In this document: one piece after another, positions 1 to 9,636 of the stretch | Layout: every line of letters starts with the position of its first letter | Position numbering within the stretch: the stretch's first letter is position 1 | From: a virus | Taxonomy: Duplodnaviria > Caudoviricetes | Virus record (IMG/VR): IMGVR_UViG_3300024346_000003 | Length of the DNA: 64,000 nt | Strand: one strand, 5' to 3' | Program-made: the position numbers and the translations under genes | The notes under the pieces: generated by a model | The model's database searches: none | The model's input: the letters and a program-made list of their open reading frames with translations, nothing else | What the model was told of the DNA's origin: nothing

Positions 1-744
1 CTTAGCATTTTCAAGTAATAATTGTTTTATCTTATGTGATAGTATTTTACCTAACAATGGTATTGAGTTTGGTGTTACAATATGGTCAAATGGTCCTTCA
101 ACCAAATATATGGTTGCATCAAAATTTATCTTTTTGTGATTGAAAACAATGTATTGCTTTTCAGCTTCTGGGTTTAAATACTTTGGGAATGTTCTAGTAC
201 TAAATGACCTAGCAACAAAAAAGTTAACATCTCCAAATTCGTCATAAGATGGTATTATAACTCTATTCTTATACGTACCTTCATGAGCATACCCAATATT
301 AAATTCTTTTATTATATCATCGGTTATACCTCTATCTTTTAGGTATTTCATAGCAAAATAATACTTTGGTTCGTAACCATTAGATTTAGTTAAAGGTATA
401 AACTCTTTTGGTAGTGCCACATGAACTACTTTGTCTTCGTAAGACTCAACTTCATAATTACTTTCTGGTTTAACTAATATATAATCACGTAGGTTGGTTT
501 TATTACCATATCTACTTATTAATTTTTCAATAGGACCATGCATGTTGTTTTTATATGAACATACCCAACATTTAAATACCCCTTTTTTGTAGTTTATTTC
601 TAATTTAGCTTTACCATCACCATGGTCTAAAAACTTATCAGAACTACAAGCTGGACAATCAAATGATACTTGACATTTGTCTTCATTGTGTTTTTTGTGG
701 TCACCTAGAAAGTTCTCTAAAATTTTAACTATTATATTCGACAT
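1..744 (-). CDS. DNA primase (T4 gp61/DnaG-like), truncated by the window edge; absent from the ORF track
   Basis: Hand translation from ATG at 744: MSNIIVKILENFLG...FDCPAC...FKCWVC (zinc-binding domain), YLKDRGI, RVIIPSYD, FFVARS, KYLNP, YLVEGPFD (TOPRIM). Open to position 1. Confidence 0.9.
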   Translation of the reverse strand, partial: MSNIIVKILENFLGDHKKHNEDKCQVSFDCPACSSDKFLDHGDGKAKLEINYKKGVFKCWVCSYKNNMHGPIEKLISRYGNKTNLRDYILVKPESNYEVESYEDKVVHVALPKEFIPLTKSNGYEPKYYFAMKYLKDRGITDDIIKEFNIGYAHEGTYKNRVIIPSYDEFGDVNFFVARSFSTRTFPKYLNPEAEKQYIVFNHKKINFDATIYLVEGPFDHIVTPNSIPLLGKILSHKIKQLLLENAK

Positions 745-748
745 ATTG

Positions 749-780
749 CAAATATACAAACAATATATTTAAAAACCAAA
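749..780 (-). promoter_or_regulatory. Bacteroidota sigma70-type promoter for the primase gene (-33 TTTG, 20-nt spacer, -7 TATATTTG)
   Basis: Minus strand reads TTTG-N20-TATATTTG-CAAT-ATG, an exact match to the established Bacteroidota consensus TTTG-N19-21-TAnnTTTG. Confidence 0.8.
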
Positions 781-792
781 TTTTAAAGTGAG

Positions 793-1458
793 TTATTTAG
801 TTTTTTGTGACCAAAAACCTTCTTTGTACATATAACCAAGACAACACGCATAACTATCAGCCATATCGAAATTCTCTTTCTTTAGTTTTTGATTTTTATC
901 ATGTAACCACATTATTTGTGGTTCGAGTTCGGATACTTTTTCCCAAATAACTAATTTCTTATCAATGTCCCACTCATAACCACCAAATAAAACAGGATTA
1001 TTTTTAAGTAATTCCTTTTCAGTATATGGTTCGTTCTTTTTATTATGAGTTCTAATTTGTTTTAATTCTGGAAACGCATAAGCTCTAGAATCATATGATG
1101 AGATATATTCTGGAATAACACCTAGAATATCATATATAGCTTTGCTTATAATACCATTAAATCGTAATAAGGTTGCAACTGTATTTACATTATTTGACCT
1201 TAGTAATGGTTCTTCAATGATAACTTTTTTAATACCAACATTTTCGTATTTTTTTAAGAATTCCTCTTCAAATATTTTTGCTTTTTCAAACAACTCTTGC
1301 ATTTTACTTTCGGGCTTTGGTTTAACCACTGGTGTAACGTGGTGCAATAATCTTAATGTCCCACGTTCACCAAAATCTTCAAATAGTGCGATACCTATAG
1401 TCTTAGTTGATATATCTAGACCTAGTACGAAATTATCAGTATGTTTTGTTGATTCCAT
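793..1458 (-). CDS. RuvC-like Holliday junction resolvase (RNase H fold)
   Basis: LGLDISTKTIG, VIIEEP and DMADSY supply the D/E/D catalytic pattern; adjacent to primase. Confidence 0.75.
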   Translation of the reverse strand: MESTKHTDNFVLGLDISTKTIGIALFEDFGERGTLRLLHHVTPVVKPKPESKMQELFEKAKIFEEEFLKKYENVGIKKVIIEEPLLRSNNVNTVATLLRFNGIISKAIYDILGVIPEYISSYDSRAYAFPELKQIRTHNKKNEPYTEKELLKNNPVLFGGYEWDIDKKLVIWEKVSELEPQIMWLHDKNQKLKKENFDMADSYACCLGYMYKEGFWSQKTK

Positions 1459-1514
1459 AATTATATTTAATTTTATTTAAATATAATACATAGGAATAAA
1501 AACTAAATACTATT

Positions 1515-2717
1515 TTAATAATCAATAGTTAAATTAAACACAACCATATCATCAGATGGTTTATAGTAAGTTCTATTTGTTTTTGCAATCGCAATTAGAT
1601 TGCCAGCATCATCTAACAAACCAATTTCAGTTATTCTTGGTACATCGCTAGTTGAGAATGTTGTGTTAGTACTAACTGTGAATTCGTTTCTATCAGCAAT
1701 ACATGTTACTTTTTGTGAAATTGAACTAATTACTGAATTAAACGTTAAAGTTGTTGCAGAAGATGTTGCACCACTTATTGGGAAATTACTAACAATTGTT
1801 GGTTCTGTGATAACTATAAAACCTTTATCCAAGTATGCAATACCTATTGCTTTATCAGCTACAGTACCAGAACCTGTGTTAGTTTTAAAATTCCAAAGTC
1901 TTTTACCATTAATGGAATATGGTTTAGGTAGTGAGTAACCAGTTGACCAACTTAATAAACTATTATTATTTGGTTTTTGAATTCCATCACTAAATAATAG
2001 ACATCTATTAGGTCCTAATTGTTGTAAGTATCTTGATGGGTCTGTTATTCTACCATCTTGGTCAGTTAACATTGAATTATTATTTTCGTATGTACCATAA
2101 ATGTTATACGATGCTAATGTTGTTGTTAATTGTAAGTTAATACTTTTACCATCAATTAATTCACCATATTGACTACCATCAATACCAATTACCAAAATTT
2201 CTTCTGATGCTAAACCACTTAATGCTGTATCTAAAAATCCACCTGTATTTGATGTAATACCAGTATATGTTTCAGCAGTTCTAGTATCAGTTGGTAACCC
2301 AAATGAGTAAAATAAATTAGTTAATACATCAGTATTATAATCATTTCTATTTATAATATTTTGAGTTAACGTACCACCACTATAATATAAAACGTTATAA
2401 CCTGTTGATTTTTGAGTGCTAGAAATAATTGATGAGGCTAATTGAACTGGTTTTTTGTTTTGACCATTTCTATAAAGTAACCCACTTCTGAATTGATACC
2501 CAGAACCGCCATTATTTAATGACAACCCGAAATTATCACCAGAGAAATCAGGAATTTGACCTGATGTTAATCCACTATAAACATTATAGTTTGCATCTGA
2601 ATCACCCAATATAAAATTAGTAATTAATGAGCTAGCACCATTTGCTAATCTTTGTCTACCGTTAGGTGTTAATTTACCTTTTATATTAATCGTTGTTGCA
2701 CTATTTATAAATCCCAT
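1515..2717 (-). CDS. Tail-collar/baseplate fibre-attachment-like structural protein (DUF3751-like termini)
   Basis: N-terminal KLTPNGRQRL...FILGDSD and C-terminal ITEIGLLDDAGNLIAIAK motifs resemble the tail-collar fibre family; paralogous termini to 2742..4892. Confidence 0.55.
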   Translation of the reverse strand: MGFINSATTINIKGKLTPNGRQRLANGASSLITNFILGDSDANYNVYSGLTSGQIPDFSGDNFGLSLNNGGSGYQFRSGLLYRNGQNKKPVQLASSIISSTQKSTGYNVLYYSGGTLTQNIINRNDYNTDVLTNLFYSFGLPTDTRTAETYTGITSNTGGFLDTALSGLASEEILVIGIDGSQYGELIDGKSINLQLTTTLASYNIYGTYENNNSMLTDQDGRITDPSRYLQQLGPNRCLLFSDGIQKPNNNSLLSWSTGYSLPKPYSINGKRLWNFKTNTGSGTVADKAIGIAYLDKGFIVITEPTIVSNFPISGATSSATTLTFNSVISSISQKVTCIADRNEFTVSTNTTFSTSDVPRITEIGLLDDAGNLIAIAKTNRTYYKPSDDMVVFNLTIDY

Positions 2718-2741
2718 TTTTAATTGTTTTTTTTTTAATTA

Positions 2742-4892
2742 TTAAAAGTCCATTGATAACTCTAGTAATATTGTATTACCTGGTGTTAATTTAACTGGTC
2801 TTGAAAATTTACCAATCATAACTAATTCACCAGAACTATCATATATACCACATTCAGTAACTTTAATTACTGATGGGTTAGTATTTGGGTCTGAACTTCT
2901 AGTTACATTTGATGTATATTTAAATAAATCAGCAGATACACTTAATTTAAATATTGTTTTGTATACATTAGCACCAATATACGTATCGATATTACCATAG
3001 AAGAACCTTTCATCACCAAATTGTAAAATATTTGGATTTGTATTTGGTGCCATACCTAATGAATTTATAATACTAAACGTTGTATCACCAGATGTTGTTG
3101 ATATATCTAATTTAAAGTTTGTTGATGTTGGATTTTGAGTCTCTAATAATATTGGGTCAATCGTTTCACCAGATACACCTGTAATTAATGCGCTTGTAAA
3201 ATCATGAACTTTCCAAGCATTTGGTAATGGTCTTGTCCCACCAGAAACTATTTGATATAATACTTTGAACTCTCTAGCTGAAAAACCTAAACCATCATAA
3301 GCTGGGTCTTCGATTTTTCTCATATAAGGTAATAAGTCAATTCCACTAATTTTAAATTCAACATCTTTTGAAGCGGATGTATTATTAGGTATGATTATAT
3401 ATTTCTGACATGGTAATGTTGTTGTTAAACCACTCAGTGTTGAGTTTTCAAATGTATATGTTAACCACATATATTGTTGGGATGGTAATAATCCAGTTGA
3501 TGTAGATGGTGCAGCTAAACTTGCATTTAAAGCTGGTAGTGTCCAGTTTCTATTTGATTTATAAGATATTGCAGCAACGATTTCATCGTCATGTATTGCA
3601 ATTACTTTTAATTGTGGGAAAACTTTACCAATTACTAATGGTGTTGCACCACTAGGTATCAAAGTAACATCTTCAATTAAATCTATATATTCAATATCTG
3701 TATTTGTAATATATTTTGTTGAACCACTAGCCAGGAAAGTCATACCCATAGTTGTCCCACTACCAGTTGGGTAGTCTCTTCTATGGTACATCAAATCTGG
3801 CATATAAACATTTACATTTTTACCGTTTGCACCATCAACGAATAAGAATTCACCGTAGAAATTTGAAATGGTATTATTTGTATAATGAATAACTGATATT
3901 GATTTACTAACTGTATCTAATACGGAAGTACCTGGTACATCACAAATATCAATTGTAATACCACTAGCACCTACTGAACAACTATAATCAAAGTATGGGT
4001 ATTTTTGTCCTAAATATTTCCAAGAACCAAACTTTTCATAACTTTCATTAGGTGTTGATAGTGTACTATTAATACTACTACCCGTCATACCAGCTAGGTT
4101 TTCACACCAAATATTATTCATATTCCAAACTGGAACATCAGCACATGATACATAACAACAACTATCAAATGATAATGTATTTGAATTCCAATAAGGTATT
4201 GTTGATGATGAACCAAATGCACTATAAACTTCACCTTGTGGATAAATAATAAAACATGTTGTTGCTGAAAATGAATTTAAGTTTGGTAACTCTCTATCTA
4301 CTATAACATAACTTGAACCACTTGCTTGTATTTTATACCAAAGTGTTGGTATTGGTAATGTATTACCAGTTACTCCTAAATTACCAATAGTATCGTTAGT
4401 TAATTTTAATAAAATATAATCACCAACACTATATGTAAATCCAGTACCTATTTCTAATGTTGTACCACCAGTAAGGTTTACGTTACTAATACAACCATTA
4501 TCAACCGTATATGTTGTACTTAACAATGTACTAAATTCAGTATGTGTTGTGTTAGCACTAAAGAACCCTCTTTCAGCTGCTTTATTATTCACAATAGCTT
4601 TTAATGTGTTTATTTGACTAGCTGTCAATGGATTTGTTGGTGTAACACCGTCAACACTAACAAATGAACTTAAGTTTGGTTGTCTATCAACTGGTCTAAG
4701 TATCATACTAGTTCCAGATAATTCTGGGTCGGTTTGATAGTTATCTACTATCGATTCTCTGTTGTAATTTAACTCAGAATCACCAATACCCCAAGCGGTA
4801 AAGTTTAATTTACCCTCGGCTAATTTTCTTCTACCTGTGTCTGTTAATTTTATGTTTACAAATGCACCTGAATTGTTAATTATGTAGCTCAT
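2742..4892 (-). CDS. Tail-collar/baseplate fibre-attachment-like structural protein, paralog of 1515..2717
   Basis: N-terminal KLTDTGRRKL...WGIGDSE and C-terminal VTECGIYDSSGELVMIGK; S/T/G-rich, beta-rich middle region. Confidence 0.55.
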   Translation of the reverse strand: MSYIINNSGAFVNIKLTDTGRRKLAEGKLNFTAWGIGDSELNYNRESIVDNYQTDPELSGTSMILRPVDRQPNLSSFVSVDGVTPTNPLTASQINTLKAIVNNKAAERGFFSANTTHTEFSTLLSTTYTVDNGCISNVNLTGGTTLEIGTGFTYSVGDYILLKLTNDTIGNLGVTGNTLPIPTLWYKIQASGSSYVIVDRELPNLNSFSATTCFIIYPQGEVYSAFGSSSTIPYWNSNTLSFDSCCYVSCADVPVWNMNNIWCENLAGMTGSSINSTLSTPNESYEKFGSWKYLGQKYPYFDYSCSVGASGITIDICDVPGTSVLDTVSKSISVIHYTNNTISNFYGEFLFVDGANGKNVNVYMPDLMYHRRDYPTGSGTTMGMTFLASGSTKYITNTDIEYIDLIEDVTLIPSGATPLVIGKVFPQLKVIAIHDDEIVAAISYKSNRNWTLPALNASLAAPSTSTGLLPSQQYMWLTYTFENSTLSGLTTTLPCQKYIIIPNNTSASKDVEFKISGIDLLPYMRKIEDPAYDGLGFSAREFKVLYQIVSGGTRPLPNAWKVHDFTSALITGVSGETIDPILLETQNPTSTNFKLDISTTSGDTTFSIINSLGMAPNTNPNILQFGDERFFYGNIDTYIGANVYKTIFKLSVSADLFKYTSNVTRSSDPNTNPSVIKVTECGIYDSSGELVMIGKFSRPVKLTPGNTILLELSMDF

Positions 4893-4950
4893 ATTTTATA
4901 AATATCTTTATTTCTTTTTATTTTAATAATAAATACACCAAAGTAAATAA

Positions 4951-6426
4951 TTAGTAAGATTTAGTTGAATTAATCCCTAATGTTATTGGTATGATTTCAC
5001 TATATTTTATACTTTTAACAACACTATTACATAATGTGTTATATTGTTTCTCGTTTTTAATTCTATAATAAAAATTATCACCATAATCACCACTCAATGG
5101 TATTGTTGCGTAATAATTAAGTTCACCAACTGCATACTTAGTGGTAGCACTTGAGGTTATAATATTAAATGTTGATGCTGAAGAAACTTCAACAACAAAA
5201 ATACCACCAGTATTTGTTGGTGGTGTTGATATTGACCATGATATTGTTGGTACTGGTGTTGTTATATCACCAACTAAATTTGTAAATCCATTATAGTAAA
5301 CATTAATAATATCACCAACTACTAAACCACCTTCTAATATGATTCTTTTTAAATCAGATGTTGATTGGTAATAATCAATATTATTAGCTAATATGGCCCC
5401 ATTGACAGTTATCATTATGTCATTAGAATCAATCGGTGTTGTATCAACAAAGATTTCATACTTACTAGTAGTTGTATTATAATAAACACTATTAGAACCT
5501 TGATTACCAGTTGTACCACTTGGAATTGGTGATGATATATCAATAATTTTATTTATAATTTCATTTGAACTACCTATTGAGACATATGTTACTGTTAAAA
5601 TGTCACCCGATTGTGCTGGTGATACCAGTTGTATTATAGTAGTTGTCACTGACCCACTAGTTAATGTTGTTACAGTATAATCATAAAAATTAGCTAATGT
5701 AAGTCCATTTAATGCAACAATATATGTTTGAAATGTGTCCGCAACAATTATTTGCGTTTGGTTTTTAGTTAATTCAATTGAACTAACCATAAAAGCACCA
5801 ACGGGTAATGGTGTATTTGTACCTTGACCAATTTGTGGTATTTCAGCTTCTTTAAGTGATACAAAATAAAAATCTCGGTCAGATTGGTATATAGCATATT
5901 CATCACTAGTGATATATCTTTGTGTATCATATTGTTCATTTAATAAAGTACCAAATTCGGTTGCAATATTATTAACATAATGACCTTTAACTATATAATC
6001 ACCATCTAAGTTGATTGATGCTATTGGTATTGTTTGAGTTGTTGCACTTGTTGCACTGAAAGATGACCATTCAATAAGTTCTGATGTATATATCGCATTA
6101 ACACTAAACCCAGATAGATTAGTATTATATTTATGTACAGTGTATTTAAATTTTGATTGATTTAAATCAGTAAATGATTGTGTATTTGCTGTAAATATAA
6201 AATCAAATGTAACACCAGTTTGTGATGATATGATGTAAACCCCAGTATCACCACTAGTTAAACCACTATTTGGTGGTGTGGTGCAATCAACCTTTGTTGA
6301 CCCTGTTATATCATAATAAGGTCTGTTAAAAACATAAAAATCAGAGCTCATATTGACTGAGTGTACAGTTTGATTTCTTTCTGGACAAAATCCACATTGA
6401 CCATATATTCTTTCTTGGTAACTCAT
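4951..6426 (-). CDS. Putative virion structural protein with repeated beta-sandwich-like modules
   Basis: 491 aa, T/S-rich. Internal repeats VALNGLTLANFYDY / ITVNGAILANNIDY and GDILTVTY / GDIINVYY. Lies in the baseplate cluster. Confidence 0.5.
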   Translation of the reverse strand: MSYQERIYGQCGFCPERNQTVHSVNMSSDFYVFNRPYYDITGSTKVDCTTPPNSGLTSGDTGVYIISSQTGVTFDFIFTANTQSFTDLNQSKFKYTVHKYNTNLSGFSVNAIYTSELIEWSSFSATSATTQTIPIASINLDGDYIVKGHYVNNIATEFGTLLNEQYDTQRYITSDEYAIYQSDRDFYFVSLKEAEIPQIGQGTNTPLPVGAFMVSSIELTKNQTQIIVADTFQTYIVALNGLTLANFYDYTVTTLTSGSVTTTIIQLVSPAQSGDILTVTYVSIGSSNEIINKIIDISSPIPSGTTGNQGSNSVYYNTTTSKYEIFVDTTPIDSNDIMITVNGAILANNIDYYQSTSDLKRIILEGGLVVGDIINVYYNGFTNLVGDITTPVPTISWSISTPPTNTGGIFVVEVSSASTFNIITSSATTKYAVGELNYYATIPLSGDYGDNFYYRIKNEKQYNTLCNSVVKSIKYSEIIPITLGINSTKSY

Positions 6427-6674
6427 TAATATGAAATATTCAATTCTTTAAATGTATTGTTATTATTAACTATTAAACCATAATTAACATTAGTTGTTAA
6501 ATTTTCAGTACTAATTACTTTAGAAAAATTAAAAACAAAAGCTTCAAATCCAGGAGCTTCAATATGATTACAAGTTGTATCATACACTGATGTTGAAACA
6601 CCCTGTATCCCTATTAAACTATCTGATATTGGTTCAGTTAGTGTTGCATTTATATTTTGTATTAATATCGACAT
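6426..6674 (-). CDS. Small hypothetical (structural-cluster) protein
   Basis: 82 aa; TATTTATA motif 3 nt before the ATG; stop overlaps the next start. Confidence 0.55.
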   Translation of the reverse strand: MSILIQNINATLTEPISDSLIGIQGVSTSVYDTTCNHIEAPGFEAFVFNFSKVISTENLTTNVNYGLIVNNNNTFKELNISY

Positions 6675-6686
6675 ACTTATAAATAG

Positions 6687-9563
6687 TTATATATGGTTAT
6701 TATTATTTCGATATATGAATAATCTACTTATTTCACAATTAAATTCTGGTTCTGTAACTATAACTATAGGTACAACATCCCAATTCGGTAAGTCTAGTGG
6801 TGGGATACTTGTTGTTTGACTATAATTTGTATAATAACCAGAACATGGTGTTGCTAGTGGGTCCATTGAGGCTAATGGTATAGTCCAATCTAATCTAATT
6901 GTATTAGTATCTAATTTTATAACTGATATAGTGATACCATCCATATTGTTACCATATGGTATAACATCATAATTATATTCCGTTGTTACTGGTACAAATG
7001 ATGTGTCTGTTATTTTTAATGTTTGACTAAAAATTCGATTAATTGAATCCCAAGTTTGATTAAATGCATTACAACCAGGTACTGTTATTAAACTCATGTA
7101 TAATGGTACTTCTCCAATCATTAAATTATCTTCACAGTATGCTTGATATTCTTCATCACCAATTATTCTACCTATAAATTCTGAATCACAATAATTAGTC
7201 ATTGTCCACACGCAATCACAATAGGTATATTGATTACAGCTAAAGAAATTAGTACTATCAAAAGGTGTTGAACCACTTGCTGGTGGGGTGTCACTTGATA
7301 AATCGACTTTAATTACTTGTGTGTTACAATCACTACTGATTGCTGAAAACGGAAAATAAGGTGATGGGTTTTCACATAACCATAATGTATTGCTTTTATA
7401 TGCATATTTTTGAGTATCAAAAACACTATTTCTATAAATAAATGTAGAACCCCAAATAGTTGTGGCTGGTACAAACTGTTCAATTAAATCAACCCAATAA
7501 TCACCAACTAATTGTGATATATTTTGCATTGAATCATAATTATATCCATTACTAATGCCGTTACAAAGTGTATTACTTAAATACCTTTCATATAATAACC
7601 TAAGTAATGGATACGCTGTAATACTTTGTCTAGTTTTCGCATCTATTAATTCACTATATACTATTCTTTCAAATTCTTCAACAGTATTAACTTCGGATAA
7701 TGGTGTCATTAGTTTTGAGCTGATATCAGTATAATCACCACCACAATATCCAGATAAACTTATACTACTACCTGTATAATCAAGTACACATGGGTTATTA
7801 TATGCATACTTAAATACATCACCCTCAATTGCTTTAGCTGGGTCAATATTTAAATCAATTTCCTTTGTGTTAATAGCTAACCTATGGTCATTGATTGGGT
7901 ATTCAGTATTTCTCCAATCTAATAGATGTAATCTTTTCTCTGGTAATTCATTCGATACCCAAGATTTCTTATTGTCAACAAATTTTTCAAGTTCAAACCC
8001 AAAAGGTTTTGATATTTTAATAAAGGTATTATCAATTGATTCACAATTTTGTGTTACCTTTATTTTATCTAATAAAAGTGCAAAATCTAAACAACATGTA
8101 TTAACCTTGATGCTAATTCTTATCTTTTTATTTTTTATCTGTTCAATAACCGCTGGGTCATTGATTGTTACACCATAGCTTAGCCAAGCTGAATTATACC
8201 AACCACCCATTAATTGTAATAACTCAGTATTTTCTAAATTATTTTCTGGGGCACCAAAATTTGGTAAATATTCTGTTAAATATAATTGTCTTATAAATTC
8301 ATCACGTTTAGATTTGCAAATCTCATCATAAGTACATGTTGTTTCAACTGAAAAACCTGGTAAAACACCAGTTTCACCACTAATTATAATACCTGTTAAC
8401 CCACCACTATCAATTATGTATTGCATTAGATTACCCTCACCAATACCAAATATTTGTTCTTCATATACGGTTTCATATAACATTGGTGTGTCAGTTTCAA
8501 CATCTAACGAGAAAGAAGCTGTAAAGTTCTCTAAATTAGCAATAGGGTCATTACATAAAACACCTTCAGTTTCTAAATTTGCTAATTCATTTTGTAAATC
8601 TCCAAGTTGAGTTTGTAATTCAGCAATTATATCTAAACATGCTTGGTATTCACCACAAACACTTAACATTTCTTCATATGCATTTTGCTTATCACAAATA
8701 CCATCACTTGTTTCTGAAAAATAAGGATTTGGTGAATTGGTTTCTAAAGCAATGTTGTTACCGTCTGTATATAAAGTTTGTGATTGTTGATTAGTATAAA
8801 TCGTTGTATCGCAACCATTCGATGCTAACCAAGCATTATACTTAACATCTCCTAATATCGCTTGCCAGGCTATTAAACCTTCTTCAGTTAAACAACATAC
8901 TGTTGGACGTGACGGTAGGGCTAACATATCACCTGAAAGTGGTGTTGATACGCTAGTTGTACCATCTGGAGTTCTAAGTCGTGTTACTGAATTATAATAT
9001 GGATTCGCATCATAATCAGATACGTGGTTAGTGACTAGTATTGTATAACACATAGCAGTATAAATACTATTGTATTCAAAACATGCACCACTTAATGCTG
9101 CACATTCAAGTTGAGTACTTTCTATTTGGTTATTTATACTTTCAATATCACTTTCTATTGCTATTGCATTTTCATTTATCGTTTCACCACTTGCTAGAAT
9201 TGAACAGTCGAATTTAAATGTATAATCTAATGTGATATCTAATGAACACTCTGAATTTTCATTAACAGTAAAATAATCACCATCATCACCATTTGGGTTA
9301 ATAACGATTTTCATTTCACATGTGTCACATGTGACTGGGTCACTCCATAAACATTTTTGATTTTCAATATCAAAGACATACCCTAAGTATTCACAACATA
9401 TTTTAGTATTTGCATTGTTGTATGGTACCAAGCCAGAATCAGTATTAATCCATACCGAAACAGACCCATCTAATTGATGCATTATTTCCCCACCACCATT
9501 AACTATTTCATCAGCAGTTAAACATGGGTTGTCTATTGTTGGTTGGCACTTATAAGTTTCCAT
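6687..9563 (-). CDS. Cys-rich putative virion protein with coiled-coil segments
   Basis: 958-aa intact ORF with many Cys and heptad-like acidic helices (IESDIESINNQIESTQLE; IAELQTQLGDLQNELANLE). Confidence 0.5.
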   Translation of the reverse strand: METYKCQPTIDNPCLTADEIVNGGGEIMHQLDGSVSVWINTDSGLVPYNNANTKICCEYLGYVFDIENQKCLWSDPVTCDTCEMKIVINPNGDDGDYFTVNENSECSLDITLDYTFKFDCSILASGETINENAIAIESDIESINNQIESTQLECAALSGACFEYNSIYTAMCYTILVTNHVSDYDANPYYNSVTRLRTPDGTTSVSTPLSGDMLALPSRPTVCCLTEEGLIAWQAILGDVKYNAWLASNGCDTTIYTNQQSQTLYTDGNNIALETNSPNPYFSETSDGICDKQNAYEEMLSVCGEYQACLDIIAELQTQLGDLQNELANLETEGVLCNDPIANLENFTASFSLDVETDTPMLYETVYEEQIFGIGEGNLMQYIIDSGGLTGIIISGETGVLPGFSVETTCTYDEICKSKRDEFIRQLYLTEYLPNFGAPENNLENTELLQLMGGWYNSAWLSYGVTINDPAVIEQIKNKKIRISIKVNTCCLDFALLLDKIKVTQNCESIDNTFIKISKPFGFELEKFVDNKKSWVSNELPEKRLHLLDWRNTEYPINDHRLAINTKEIDLNIDPAKAIEGDVFKYAYNNPCVLDYTGSSISLSGYCGGDYTDISSKLMTPLSEVNTVEEFERIVYSELIDAKTRQSITAYPLLRLLYERYLSNTLCNGISNGYNYDSMQNISQLVGDYWVDLIEQFVPATTIWGSTFIYRNSVFDTQKYAYKSNTLWLCENPSPYFPFSAISSDCNTQVIKVDLSSDTPPASGSTPFDSTNFFSCNQYTYCDCVWTMTNYCDSEFIGRIIGDEEYQAYCEDNLMIGEVPLYMSLITVPGCNAFNQTWDSINRIFSQTLKITDTSFVPVTTEYNYDVIPYGNNMDGITISVIKLDTNTIRLDWTIPLASMDPLATPCSGYYTNYSQTTSIPPLDLPNWDVVPIVIVTEPEFNCEISRLFIYRNNNNHI

Positions 9564-9636
9564 TCATATATCCTTTATTATAATTATTCAATCTTTCAAT
9601 TATTCATTAATATAATCTATTTTTTTTTAAAATAAA

